From NCBI RefSeq assembly GCF_016432865.1, contig NC_067400.1, positions 556,636,001 through 556,700,000 on the forward strand: a DNA stretch of 64,000 nucleotides, given 5' to 3'. Shown here piece by piece: positions 1 through 13,643 of the stretch. The notes below the pieces were generated by a model that ran no database searches, was not told the origin of the DNA, and saw only the letters and a program-made list of their open reading frames with translations. A program made the translations under genes and the position numbers. Position 1 is the stretch's first letter; each line of letters starts with the position of its first letter. The DNA is from Antechinus flavipes. Taxonomy: Eukaryota.

Positions 1-904
1 AGTCCATGCCTTCAAGAAGATCAGATGTAAATGGGATGTACAATGTACAAATAACAGACAGGGATTTTTGGTTTATTTGCTTGTTTGCAGAAATGAAAGA
101 TGGCTGATTCAAAGGGAGGAATGAAATGGCACCTTCCAAAGTTGGAATAAAACTATTGTTTCTCTAAAGTGTCTAAAATAATAGCTTATTCTCTGCTATT
201 TATAGATATTTTAATTAATTTTTTAAAATTTAACTTAATTTGTTAGCTTCATCCATACAAAGAAACAGAAAACTCTCAGGAGAAAGATAGGTATACATAA
301 AATTCAAAGCTACCAAGGTGAGAAGAAAATAGTAGTCTGATTCCTGAAAAATATTGAGGGTGAATCCAATCTATATGGGCTTAGAACTTCAGCATTGTTC
401 CATGGGCAACCTTGTATGTTTTCAAGCCAAAAAGAATAGAAATTTATAGATATAAAGATAGACTTACAAAAGGACATGGAACAGTTTTTCTTTGTTTTTT
501 TTTTAATTTTGTTGTGTTGATTTTGTTCTAACAATATATAATATTACATAGTATTGTTTTTCTATATCTATTTGATCATAAAAAAATTCTATTTTTACTG
601 GGAACAGAGTACAATTTTTGGAAATTTGATCTATATATACATGTACAAACACATTCTCTCACTCCTCTTACCATGCAGATTTTCTCTAGGTGTAAATGTA
701 TATTTCTATGTGTGCATAAATATACATTTATATTTATTTATATGTGTATATATACATATTATATTTTCATTTTTCAGCTTGGAATTTGTTGCAAATTTGA
801 CATGTATAGAAATAACAAGAAAAAAATAGAAATCCTTGGCTATACCTTGTCTGATTAACCCAGTTATTATATCTTTGTAATTTCATACTCCTATACTTCT
901 ATCA

Positions 905-1849
905 TCAATTTGCCTTCCCCTGGAAGAGATGGTGAATTCCCTGTCGGATCTGCTTGGTCTTCACCGTATAGATGATAGGATTCATCACAGGAGGTGATAG
1001 CAAGTAGACATTGGCCATAATCACATGGACCAGAGGAGGGGCATGTCGGGCAAAGCGGTGAGCCATGGATATTCCCACCATTGGTACATAAAGGACAAGC
1101 ACAGCCAAGATATGGGACAAGCAGTTATTGAAAGCTCTGAATCGCTCAGCCTGGGATGCAGTGCCCAGGACACTATGCAGGATTAATCCATAGGAGACCA
1201 GGATGAGGAGAGGGTCAAGCACAATGATGAGCAATACCAGTCCAAACCCGTACCAGCTGTTGACTCGAGTGTCAGCACAGACCAAGCGGATCATATCTTG
1301 GTGGAGGCAGTAGGAATGGGATAGGAGACGAGAGTGACAAAAGGGCAGACGCTTAAGCAGGAAAAGTGAGGGCAGTACTGCCAAAACACATCGAATGATA
1401 ATGGCTATCCCAATTCTTCCAATGACATTCTCTGTGAGAATAGAGGCATAGTGAAGTGGGCGGCAGATGGCAACAAAGCGGTCATAGGCCATGGCCAACA
1501 ACACTGAAGACTCCATGAATGAGAAGGTGTGAAGGAAAAAGACTTGGGCAAAGCAAGCCTCAAAGCTGATTTCCCGGACATTGAACCAGAGAAGTTGCAT
1601 TACTGTGGGTAGAGTGGTAAGGGTCAGGCCCAGGTCAGTTAGTGCCAGCATGGAGAGGAACAGGTACATGGGTTGGTGGAGTGAAGGCTCTGTCCAAATG
1701 ACAGTCAGAATGGTAGTATTGCCCATAATAGAGATTGTGTATAAGCAGCAAAAAGGGATGGAGATCCAAATGTGCATAGCCTCAAAACCCGGGATGCCCA
1801 TAAGAATGAAGTAGAATGGCAATTCAGTGGCATTAGTGGCTTCTGACAT
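905..1849 (-). CDS. OR51Q1: Class I olfactory receptor, OR51Q1-like paralogue A (314 aa from ATG at 1849)
   Basis: Intact ORF with OR motifs [61 protein letters not shown] and HQDMIRLVCAD match human OR51Q1 as remembered. The ORF track starts at GTG 1864; the first ATG is at 1849 (MSEATNAT). Confidence 0.93.
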   Translation of the reverse strand: MSEATNATELPFYFILMGIPGFEAMHIWISIPFCCLYTISIMGNTTILTVIWTEPSLHQPMYLFLSMLALTDLGLTLTTLPTVMQLLWFNVREISFEACFAQVFFLHTFSFMESSVLLAMAYDRFVAICRPLHYASILTENVIGRIGIAIIIRCVLAVLPSLFLLKRLPFCHSRLLSHSYCLHQDMIRLVCADTRVNSWYGFGLVLLIIVLDPLLILVSYGLILHSVLGTASQAERFRAFNNCLSHILAVLVLYVPMVGISMAHRFARHAPPLVHVIMANVYLLSPPVMNPIIYTVKTKQIRQGIHHLFQGKAN

Positions 1850-1864
1850 GACTGGCAAATACAC

Positions 1865-1880
1865 CTGTAATAAAATGACT
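1865..1880 (-). promoter_or_regulatory. Putative 3' splice acceptor of a 5'UTR intron of OR51Q1-like A
   Basis: Minus strand reads tcattttattacAG|gtgtatttgccagtcATG, with AG 15 nt before the ATG. This is the usual architecture of OR genes. Confidence 0.6.
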
Positions 1881-2399
1881 TTAAACTTACTTTTGTCAGA
1901 AATTATGCTCTTTGCAGCATTATTTTTTTTAATAAAATAAGGAATTTAAGGCAAGTAATTACTTTAGGAGTATGTTAAGAGTTCAATAATCATCGAATTT
2001 TGAAATAGTTGAGTGATTTGATATCAAAAAAGAAACCCTGAAAGTAGGTAGAGCTGATGTCTTGATATAGGAATCAGAAGAATATATCTCATGCTATAGA
2101 TCTTTATTAATCATCTGTAATTTATAATCATCTGAAATTAAATGAGAACATTCTATCACAATCATACTGATAGATACACCAATCCTACGTCTAGATACTA
2201 ATTACAAAATTTATCTTAGAGGAAAGACATGATGGAAAGAAATCTCCTGGCGGCACACATCAAGAGAGCACACACCATTTCAAATTCTATTACACACCCA
2301 GTTATAAGAATTCCAAAAGGTCTATGTCAATAGAGCATGCAATGGTGATTCAAATACTGTTCTGTTGATCATGTCTTACCAGCCTTAAGTAAAAATGAC

Positions 2400-3600
2400 T
2401 TGATAACACTATTCCCTCATCTCTAATTTAATCAGTCCACTCTAGTGAAATTAATCTCTCTATTGGCCCATTCTACTGTGCTCTTTGGGATTATAGCTCT
2501 CTTGTCAACAAATTGCCAACAAAATTATAATCTTAAATTTATGAACAACACTTCTTCCATTTCTTCATTTTAAAAGAACTTTGTTTCTTCTCTCAAAGCT
2601 CCCCTTATTGCTAAAATAGGTTTAGGATGTTCAATATGGAGTTATACTTTATTCCTCATTACTCCTTTCAGGTGATTCTCCTCCCAGTACATCACACGGG
2701 ACTTTTCTCTTTTAAGATCAGGCACTTAATTTATACCACCTTCTCCCTGTACTTATTATTGTTATCAAATAGCCTTTCAGTTCCCTAAGACTTCAGTATC
2801 TGGTTCAGTTTTCTTCTCCATCCTACACCCAGCTCCATAATCCTCAAGAACTTTACTATTCAGATTGACAACACTTTTACTGTTCTAATCACTTCTTCAA
2901 CTTCTCCAATTCTTTGTCCATGACACTTTGATGACATACCGGCACAGTCACATTTTAGATTCTACCATATCATAAAAATGTATCCTTTCCATGATAAATT
3001 GTGACAATATTTTTTCTATGAAGAGCTACCCATTTTTCTAACTCTTCCATTCATCAAAATAACAATAGTATCTGATATATAGAGTGTGTCAACCACTTCA
3101 GTATCTTTGCCAAGAAAACCCCAAAAAGGAATCACAAAGAGTTGGATAGGATTGAAAAATGACTAAACTACAATGCTAAAATCACTGGTCCCTAACCATT
3201 CCTAGTGTGAAAATCCTTTGTTGGTTAAATTCTGCTATCTGATTCATCTTCTGTTGCTACATAAAATGTCAATATATTTCTGTGTAAGTACATAAAAGAA
3301 TGACACTGACATGATGTTAATTCCCCAAGTTCAATATATTGATTTTGATCAAATCCTTTTTGCTTTTGGGAAATCTTCCTATTTTATTCTTCCTGAACTG
3401 TTTACCAAAGAGAATATTTCAAACCTGTTCTTCATTATATTAACCTAAATTGTTTTCCTACATTTACAGCAGAAGGTCCAGCTCTCCACTTCCAAGGGAA
3501 AAAAATGATTTTATGTTCCAAGAATTCTCCAACCTTTCCTCTTCCACTCCTCAAAAATTTTCAGCACTACGATGCAAGACAATTCCAAAAGATCCATGAT
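2400..3600 (+). mobile_element. Degenerate LINE-2 ORF2 remnant (approximate bounds)
   Basis: Pyrimidine-rich L2-like sequence; ggcacagtcacattttagat resembles the endonuclease xGHTLDL motif. Confidence 0.45.
3086..3172 (+). mobile_element. MAR1-type SINE 3' tail (RTE-derived)
   Basis: ccacttcagtatctttgccaagaaaacccc...aaagagttggataggattgaaaatgactaaac resembles the RTE/BovB-like tail of marsupial MAR1 SINEs. Confidence 0.6.
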
Positions 3601-3969
3601 GAAAAGTACTCTTCACCTCCAGTGAAAAAAGTGATGAACTCTGAGTGAAGATTAAAGCCTGTTTCTTTCACTTTTTGTATTTTTCAATTTGTCTAATATG
3701 GAAAGATTTTGCATGACTTCACATATAATTAATATTTTGCTTGCCTTCATGACAAGTGGGATAGGGTGGGAAAATGAGAGAAAGGGAAGAATGTTTTTAA
3801 AATGTATATAATTGGGAAAGTTTAACATTATTTTAATTTTAAAAATTCAATAACAATATCCACTTTTCTTTCCTTCCTTATGGGCACATAGGACTACTTC
3901 TCACTTCAGTCCTAGTTCTGTTCTCAAGGGATCAAACAAAACAAGTATAACTCTTAACATACTTCAGAT

Positions 3970-4150
3970 AATAGGATTATAAATTTAGAGTTGGAGGGGA
4001 CCTTATAGACCATATAGTCAAACATATTCTACTAAATTCTGTAGAATTTACATAATAAGCCCAACATTATGCAATAGTGTCAGAATTAGGATTTAAATCT
4101 ATAGGTTCAAGTTCCAAAGCTAGTGTTCTGTCTACTGTACTAAATTGCCT
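3970..4150 (-). mobile_element. MIR-family CORE SINE fragment
   Basis: ttagagttggagggga-ccttatagacc...cagaattaggatttaaatc...gtctactgtac is typical of antisense MIR/MIR3. Confidence 0.55.
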
Positions 4151-4536
4151 ATATTTATACTTTGCTGAAGACTATGTCAACTAAGCCTTTATTCCAAATT
4201 GAGCATCTTCACTCCCTTCTACTATTCCTAGTAAGCCATAATTTCAAGATCTGTGATGTATTCTAGACAAAATCCTATGGTCAGTCTCCAGATTAGCTAT
4301 ATGCATATTTAATATAATCCTTAAAGTTCAATTCAAATAAATCTCTTTTAGGAAATCTTCCTTGATTCATCTGGTGCTTGCCAAATATATTAAAATAGAA
4401 TTCCTTCTATGGATAGGTTAGTAACTAGCTAGAAATTTCATAATATTTTTAGTAATCATGTCAATAATGGGCTCTGATCCCAACTGTTTCATTTTACATC
4501 TCTTACATATTCATTGTAAAATATTGTACATCATAG

Positions 4537-4580
4537 TTATATATATATATGTATATACATATACATATATATATATATAT
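4537..4580. repeat. (TA)n/(TATACA) microsatellite
   Basis: Read directly from the sequence. Confidence 0.9.
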
Positions 4581-4599
4581 TCTTAGTCTCTAAGTTTTC

Positions 4600-6130
4600 T
4601 GACATCATGATAGTTATCCTAAACTTTGTATCTCCTATAGTAGCCAATATATTTCTTTTCAATATGATATTGATATTGATAAATTTTTGTCTTACTGAAT
4701 TTAGTAAATTTAATCTCATAGCTCTTAATATGAAAAATATTCCCATGGTTTTCCTTTTGCCTCTCCCCATCTTTTATTTCTTTGCAAGACACCGTACTTT
4801 CCTATCTCCAACTTCCTAATTCTTCATTACACTCCATATTCTTCTCTTATCATCACTTTGGGGCCAGTTGCCTCATTTTCTAAAGAAAAAGTAACACTTG
4901 TGAATATTTTCGCTAAGTGATAAAGGAAAGAGATTGACATTGTACAGGATCCAAGGCTAAAAGTCATCTTAGAAATCATCTATTTCATTTCATTTATTTT
5001 ATAGATGAAAAACCAAAAGCCCAAAGTGTTTACATGCTCATACAGCTGTAGGTAATTAGAATTGAATCCCAAGTTTTCTTCCTCCAGCTACAATGCTCTT
5101 GAATATAACTCACTGAATCCAAATGTTATTTCTATGCTGATAATTCCCAAATCTACTAGTCCAATTTCTCTGCTCACCTCTAGTCTCACATTAACTATCA
5201 GACATCTCAAACTGAATATTCCATAGACTTTTAAACCTAATATATACAAAACTGAACTTCTTTTCCCACCAAAACCTACCCCTTTCCCCAATATCTTTAT
5301 TATAGTCAAGGATACCATAATCCCAGTCACTAAGCTCTAAACCTAAATGTCATCTTCAACTCCTTACTCTCTGTTACATCCCATATTCAATCTGTTTCCA
5401 AGTCTATTCATTTTACCTTCATATCTTGAGTCTGTCATTTGGCTCTTCTAACACCCTCTTGTAGGCCCTCATCACTTCATACCTGAAATATCGAAATAGA
5501 TTACTGGGTTGGTATCCCTTCTTCAAGTCTCTCCCTCTTCCAATACATCATCTACTCAGTTTTCCAAAGGGATTTGTACAAGCACAGTTCTGTCATGCTT
5601 TCCTTTAACTCAATAAACTCCAGTAGCTTTCTGGCATCTCTAGGTGGAAATATAAATTCCTACTTGGCATTTATATCTCTTCATCAGATAGCCCCTCTCT
5701 ACTTTGCCAATTTTCTCATGCCTTATATTCCTTACCACAGTCACCATGTAACCAGTGATTTTTTTTTCTTTCTTGCTATTCCTCAAACAAGACACTCCAT
5801 CTCCAGACTCTGGATATTTTCATAGACTATCCTTCTGCCTATAAGGCTTCCCTTTCAAATCTCCACTTTCTGCATTCCTGGGCTTCCATAAAGTCCTAAC
5901 AAAAATTCTACCTTCTATAGGAAGCTTTTTCTAATTTCTCCTAATTCTAGTACCTTCCTTCTGATGTTTATCTCCAATTTATCATGTATAAAGCTTGTTT
6001 GTACATAGTTGTTTGTATGTCCTTTCTTCCATTAGACTTTGAACAACTTGCGAGCAGGTAATGTCTCTTTTCTGTATATCCCTAGTGCTTACCCCACAAT
6101 AGGCACTTAATAAATGCTTATTAATTGATA
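4600..6130 (+). mobile_element. LINE-2 3' portion (interrupted by a MIR at about 4940-5090)
   Basis: tatgctgataattcccaaatctac at 5133 encodes YADNSQIY (degenerate RT YADD motif). Ends in the L2 3' terminus cacaataggcacttaataaatgctt at about 6096-6120. Confidence 0.75.
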
Positions 6131-7127
6131 CCTTCTAGCTATATTGTGATTGCTCTCAGATTAATTTTCTTAAAGCATATATATGACCACATCACTCTTT
6201 CAAACATTGCCACTAAAAATATCATTTTCTACAAGATAAACTCCAAATACTTTTCTCTGGCATTCTAGACAATCAGGTTCTCATCGTGCCTTTCAGCCTT
6301 ATTAACCATCATTCCCCCTCAGATACCAAATATTCTAATAAACCTATATTATTTACTATTCCATTGTTATTTTCTGTATATATTCATATTCCCCCAGTGT
6401 TTGTACTTCTTTTCTTCCCTATATTTCCCCTTTCATTACCTTCTTCAAGAACTTATGCATTCAATTTGATTCGATAAACATTTGGTTAGCATTTGTTCAA
6501 GGCATATTTTTTTCATTTTTCAAAGGCTTCCAAAATAATGTCTGGCGTGTAGATTACCCTGAAATGCTCAGAAATACTCTCTCTTATTCTTCTGAACTTT
6601 GCTTTAAACTTTGTAGCACTTTTTAAAAACACATATCTAATTTTTATTGCCAAAAATTTGTAAATTAACTCTCCACGTAGATTAAAGCTTCTTAATGTCA
6701 GATTCAAATCTTATTTTTTTAATGTCTATCTCCTCCCAATATTTCCAAGGATGGGACCCAGGAAACAAGTTTCATCACAAGGTCAAATGACCAAATAAAC
6801 AAAAGAATGAATGAATGAATAGTGAACTAAGAATGTGTCCCTATGCTCAGTTCCAACATTAACTCTTCTATCCTTCAGTATTCTTTTCCTTCTTACTTTT
6901 TCTGTCTTTCCATTCATTCATATTTCATCTATTCAGAAAACTGAAGAAATACTGCGTTGAAAGGAACTTTAACAGTTATCTATTATAGTGCTTATTTAAG
7001 TAGAAGCCCCCACTACAATATATGTGAAAGAAAGCATTAGCATCTATTTGAAGACCCTCAGAAAAAAAGAATCCTCAACTTCCCTATAAAGTCCTTTCAA
7101 CTTTTAGTTGGTTTTGCTCATTTTCAA

Positions 7128-7343
7128 TCTTTTGTGACCCTTTTTGGAGTTTTCTTAATGAAAATATTGAAGCAGTTTGCCATTTTCTTCTCTAGCTCAT
7201 TTTAAAAATGAGGTTATAGAAGTAAACAAGGTTAAATGGCTTACCCAGGTTCACACAACTGGTATGTTTTTGAGGCCAGATGTAAACTCAGGGCTTCCTA
7301 ACTCCAGTCTCAGCACTCTATCCACTACTTCACCTAGCTGCCC
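7128..7343 (-). mobile_element. MAR1-type SINE
   Basis: ttttgtgaccctttttggagttttctt...gaggccagatgtaaactcagg...ctctatccactacttcacctagctgccc: antisense tRNA head, CORE and RTE tail. Confidence 0.75.
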
Positions 7344-7379
7344 TATATTCTGCTTTACAACATCCTCAGTTTTTAGGAA

Positions 7380-7530
7380 GAGACAGCATTATGCCATGGA
7401 AATTTTAATGGATTTAGAGTCAGAAGACCTGGTCTCATATAGTGACTGTATCTTCTGATTCTGGTAAATCATAGGTCTAATTTGTCTCATCTATAAAATG
7501 AGGTTGAGATAGATTGTCTCTATGGATTCT
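7380..7530 (+). mobile_element. MIR fragment
   Basis: ggatttagagtcagaagacctgg...ttgtctcatctataaaatgagg CORE-like sequence. Confidence 0.55.
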
Positions 7531-10039
7531 TACACCTTTAAATTTATTCATTTTATTCTTATATCAAAACTAAAAGCCTCTATGAAATTTATATTCAGTA
7601 CTTCTCTCACTTACTCCTCATATAAACAAAACAAGTTCCTTGCCTTCCTTCTGTCTTCTCCATTTTCTTTTTCTTTCCATCACTTCTTCATATCTATTCC
7701 CTTCTTTACCTATAATTCCACTCTGTTCTGTGTCCTCCTTCCTCCCTACAGTCTGTCTCCCCTCCTAGAATATATCCTGATGGATAGTAACATGTGCAAA
7801 GAGAACCTAAATAGAAAACAAAGAGAGAAAATTTAGCTCACAAATATATTCTTTCTTGAAGAGACACATTTTGCTTTCACAAACTTTTCCATTCTCAAAA
7901 AATTATTCATCACTCCCCTAAACTGTCATTATTTTGAATTTTTTTTACTTCTCCTTTTACTGGAAAAATGTCCCTTTTCCTAAAGAAGTCCAAGCCCATT
8001 TCCTTCATAATTTAACATCAAGATAGCTCTTTGGAAGTGTGAATATTCACCCGTTAATGCAGATCACTCAATAATTTCTTAAAAATTTCTCCCTTTTCTC
8101 ATGACTTCTTGGAGTGCATCTTCCCCAGACTGTGTTGACCCAAGATATGAGAGTCTCACTCCCTAGAAACTTACTCTTTACTCATTTTATGTCCTCAGAA
8201 AGAAAAGGAAAAGCAATAATTTCTTGTGATCTAAGGCTTCTTATACCTTATTATATAGGTTCACAATCGAAAATCACATTTAAAAAGTTGGAGGTATCTA
8301 ACTTTCTGTTGCCTGGTTCTAATTTTCATCCTTCAAAGCACTGACAGATACCACACTGAAATTATAAATGATCAACAGCAATTAAAGGAGAGAATTTAGT
8401 TATTTTACCATCACTAGGATTGCTTGGCTTAGGAAATACTGAACCAATGGTTGGCTTCTAAGAGTCTGAATAGAGTCCCTGTCTCTATCCTAATAATAGT
8501 GCAGAATGCTGGTCCCTAGCCTTCCTCCCCTAAAATAGACCTGAATAACTGCACCTGAGGGAACAAGATAACTGGAATTTCAAACAATAAACAGAAATAG
8601 GAAGAGGAGGAGAACCTAAGACCATAAGAAGTCCCAAAGGAAGTGCAATCTCCAAGCAGCAAAATATTCAGTGACTTATGAATTTGTCTTTTATTTGTTA
8701 CAGTCCATACTCTAAATACATTTGCTTATGCCACCCCTGAATACTCCATGAATTTGTTACTCTTGACATAAACTGGGATTGCCATTGGATTGCTGTTAAT
8801 TAATCTTGTTTCATTTTCTAAAATTTATTGCTTTTGTATTGTTTTGTTTTTGTTGTTGTTTTGTATGAATCTGTCTAAGTTTTCCCTGATTTATAGATTC
8901 TGGCTATAACAAAAGTGCTAAGAAAACCTTTGAATGAAATATAAAAGCCATCAGTGTCATCATTAATAAATTAATACTCTCTGCCTTCATTTTTACACTT
9001 TAGTCAACGTTTTATATTAGGGTAACTTCATTCTTTCACTTTCCCTGACTGTGAATGAGTTTTGAATGTTTTATATGATGAAATATTCTATTTGAGATGT
9101 TTTTGATATACCTCCCTCTACCCCTAGCTTCCTGGATTGCTAAAGTAGAGATTTTATGGCATTGGTATATTAATGCAAGATCAAAAGGATTATAATCCTT
9201 GATTCATCACTCAACATACATAAGATATTGTCAAGAATTGATTGTTCATTTCAAGCTACTATGACTCACAGATCAAAAAAGGCATCTCTGAAAAATCTAA
9301 ATTATTAGTGTATTTATTATACACAGCAAATGGATAATTATGAAAATCATAATAATTCTTTCTAACCTCCCAATGATCCCACTCTCACTTTCTCAGTAGA
9401 AACCCTTGCCTCAGATTTCACTAGAAATGAAAAGAGTCCATTCAGCAAGAGCTCTTTTCTCTCTTTTCCAGTACATCTGACAATACTAAGATGCTTTCTA
9501 TAACTCTCTCCCTTTTTACCTATATCTTATGAAGGTGGGCACCAAAGGTAGATGAGCAACCCTGAAAAGACTTGGCAAATCCTCAAATCAGCTGTGCTAA
9601 TCCTCATTGAAGATTAAGAAATGCTTGGCACTAAGTGACTGACTGACCCATACTATTTTAGAGGTTTGAGGAAACATTATTTTATTTATGTATTTGTTTT
9701 TTTCATTCATTCATTCATTAGTATTGCTAAATCTCACAGATATTGCACTTTCAACCTTCTTGTGGAAAGAATTAACTTGATTTTTGGAAAAGAAAAAGTT
9801 AGTTTGGAAAGTCTCATTGTCTGCAAATTACACCTACAGAATTTTTAGCCTTGATTTATATGATTTTTTTCAAGGAAAGGGAGAAAAATGAGCATCTGCA
9901 AGAATATTTGTTTGTGGAAACAAGAAGTTTTTTATTGATTTTGATCCTAGTTCAAAATAATTAAAAATCTTGATTTTTTATTTTAAAAGTTTTAGATTTA
10001 GCAGCAGTAGTATCTGGAGAGATTAAATTTAATTTGGAA

Positions 10040-13000
10040 ATTTATATCTTATTTTTTAAATAGTTTTTTATTTCCCCCGAATTATATGTCAAACAATTTT
10101 TAGCATTCATTTTTACAAGATTTTGAATTCCACATTTTTCTCTCTATCACCCTCCTTTCCCCTCTTCTGAAAATGGTAGGCAATTTGATATAGACTATAC
10201 ATGTATGTAATACATGTTAACATATTAGTCATAGTTATAAAAGAACAAAGAGGTCAAAAGGAAAAAAAAACATAAAAAAAAAAAACAAAAGAAAAAATAT
10301 TCTTCAATTAGCATTCAGAGTTTTTCAGTTCTTTATCTGGATGTGGGTAGAATTTTCCTTCATGGGTACTTTGCACTTGTCTTGGATATTATGTTGCTGA
10401 GAAGAGATCCTTCATTGTTGATCATCACACAATGTTGCTGACACTGTGTACAATGTTGTCCTGGTTCTGCTCATTTCACTTTGCATCAGTTCATATAAGT
10501 CTTTCCAGGTAAAACCATCATTTCTTATTGCACAAAAGCATTCCATTGCATTCATATACCACTTTGCTCAATTAGTCTACAATTCATGGGTGTCCCTTCA
10601 TTTTCCAATATTTTGTCACCAGATAAAGGGTTGATAAAAAATATTTTTGCAATCTGGATGCTTTCCCCTTTTTTATGATCTCTTTACAGATCTAGTATAC
10701 AGAACTAGTGTTGGTATTATTGGATCAAAGGATATACACAGTTTGGTTGCCCTTTGGGCCTAGTTCCAAATTGCTCTCCAGAATGTCAACAGTAATTTAA
10801 TACCCCAAGTTTCCCATAACCTCTCCAACATTTACTATTTTCCTTTTCTGTCATATTAGCCAATCTTTTAGGTGAAAAGTGCTATTTTAGAGTTATTTTA
10901 ATTTGCATTTCTCTTGTCAAAAGTGATTTAGAGCAATTCTCCATATGTTTACAAATAACTTTCATTTCTTCATCTGAAAACTAAATGTTCATATTTTTGA
11001 CCATTTATCAATTAAAGAATGCCTTATATTCTTGTAAATTTGACTCTGTTCTCTATATACTTAGGATATGAGGCCTTTAATAAAGAAATTTACTGTAAAA
11101 AAGTGTTTCCCAGCTTTCTGCTTTCTTTATGATCTTGTTAGCATTGAGTTTTTGTGCAGAAGCTTTGTAATTTAATATAATTAAAATTAGCTCTTTTATA
11201 TTTTGTAATGCTCTCACTCTTATTTGGTCATGAATTTTTCCCTTCTTCATAGATCTATCAGAGAGATTATTTCTTGCCCTTCTGATTTGTTCATTATATT
11301 ACCTTTTATATCTAAATCATGTACTCAATTTAACCTTATTTTGGTATATGGTGTGAGATGTTGATCTATATCTAGTTTAGGCCCTATTTTCAATTTTTCC
11401 TAGCAATTTTTGTCAAATAGTCAGTTATTATCCCAAAGACTGGATTTATCAAACACTATGTTATTATGGTCATTTACTATCACGTCTTATGTACCTACTC
11501 TATCCCACTGATCTACAACTGTTTCTTAACCTTTAAGAATTTGAATGCTATAACATTTGATGCTTACATGTTTAGTATCAATACTACTTCAGTATCTACG
11601 GTGCCTTTTAGGAGGCTGTAGTTTCCTTCCTAATCTCTTTTAATTACATCTATTTTTGCTTTTGCTTTATAATTAGAATTGCTAAACTACTTTTTTTTTT
11701 TTAACTTTAACTGAAGCATGATAGATACTGTTCCAGTTCCTTACCTTTAGTCTGTATGAGTCTCTTTGCTTCAGGTATGTTTCTTGTAAGGATCATATTG
11801 TAGGATTCTGGTTTTTGATCCACAAGCAAGCAAGACAGATTTCTAAAGTTAAATATCTGATTACGTATATTATTCTCTCTTTGAGCCAATACAGATTAGA
11901 GTAAGATTCAAGCAATGCCCATTGCCCATCCACTCCTCTTTCCTTATACTGCAATACTTTATATGAAGTAATTTATCTTATTCTATCTCTATCCTTTCTT
12001 CCTCTCAATGCACTCTTATTTATTTTTATATCATTCCTTCAAATTCACCTTATATCCTTATTTTCTGTCTATGTATATATCCTCTAATTATTCTATTTTT
12101 AAGAATTGTAGGTATCATCTTCCCATTCATGGATGATAACAGTTTAGCTCTATTGAATCTCTCATGTTTTCTTTTCTCTTTTTTGCCTTTTTTAGACTTC
12201 TCTTGGATCTCAATATTGGAGATCAATTTATTTTTGACTCTATAGTCTCCTTGTTATTTAAGTTTTAAATTCTTCTATTTTATTAAATAGTCACTTTTCC
12301 TCTTGAAGTATTATGCTTAATTTCCCAGGATTGTGATCTTTGGTTATAGTCCCACCCTGTTTGACTTCAGGAAACTCACTTTCCATGACCTCTGATCTTT
12401 TAATGTTGCATCTGCCAAGTCCTGTGTATTCCTGATTGTGACTTCCCAATATTTCATTTTTTTCCTAGTCCCTTGTAGTATTTTCTCCTTGATCTGATAG
12501 TTCTGGAATTTGGATATTATGTTCCTTGATGTTTTTATTTTGTGATCTCATTCCTGAGGTGATCACTGGATTCTTTCAATGCCTATTTTGCTCTTTGGTT
12601 TCAGGATATCAGGACAGGTTTTTTTTTTCCCCATTTGGCCAATTCTACTTTTTAAGCAGTGGTTTTCTTTTTTCAAGCCTTTGATTCCTTTTTCATAATT
12701 CTCTTGCTTCATTCTCATTTATTTTTCCAATTTTTCTTCTATGTCTCATATGATTTTTAATCTTGTTTTTAATCTCTTCTGTTATTTCTAAGCTTCCAAT
12801 TTTTGTTTGAGGTTTTGTCCATGGGTGTTTTGACATTGCTGTACCCCTCTGAGTTTGTATATTTTCTCTATCACAATAATAACTTTCAGTGGTTATACTC
12901 TTTTCAGTGGTTGTTTTTACTCATCTTTTATTGTCTTTTTTTTCCTTTCTTTTAAATTGAGCTCTCTTCCCACAGTGGAAGGAGCATAGTCTCAGGCTTC

Positions 13001-13643
13001 TTGTGCTAGTGACTGTTGCCTCTGACTTTTTACCTGGTGTTGCACCAATGTTGCCCTGAGGCCCATGGAGGACTCATGTCTGGTGCTAGGATGGAATGAG
13101 GATGGTTGATGCTGTCAGAGATATAGGAAACTGGCAACTAATCTGGTGCTGATCCAGGGTCCTAATGAGGGTGTCTGGTTTCTTCTGAGGCCAGTGATGT
13201 GTTTCTGAGTTTCTTTGGGGCTGCACTGAAGCGCTCTAGCCTCTGACAACTGTTTGTTTTCCCAGGATTATGCTGAGCATCTGGTGGTTCACAGAGCTGG
13301 AGTCTGCCTGACTCCATGCTGAAGCATGTGTGCATCTTGGAATTGGCATTTGCTTGCCACTGCACTGGGGCTCAGGATCTTCTGCTGGTTTGTTAAGTTG
13401 AGGCTTGCTGCTAGCTTGCAGGGATGCTTCCTGTCCTGGATGATACTCCTTTTTTACCCAAGTGAGACAGACTTTCCTGCCAATATTGCAAGTTTCTTGA
13501 GCCAACTGATTGTTTCACCTTGTCTTTTTGCTAGTTATGTTCTTCAAGAACTATTTTGTGGTATTATTTCATAGTTACTTGCAGGTGAATATGGGAGAAA
13601 GATGGTGATTTATTGATTATTTAATCATCTTCGCTTCCAGAAG
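10040..13643 (-). mobile_element. Old L1 with both ends present and a large internal ORF2 deletion
   Basis: Antisense 3'UTR (about 10040-10330), ORF2 C-terminus (to about 11520), abrupt jump to the endonuclease region, ORF1 (about 12100-12900), and a GC-richer 5'UTR ending at gaacttctggaagcgaagatg (minus strand) near 13643. Confidence 0.75.

Noticed and set aside
7881-7889. AAACTTTTC, the motif reported for the class I J element
   Set aside because: It is a single 9-mer in AT-rich, repeat-derived context without clustered homeodomain or O/E sites, and is expected by chance.
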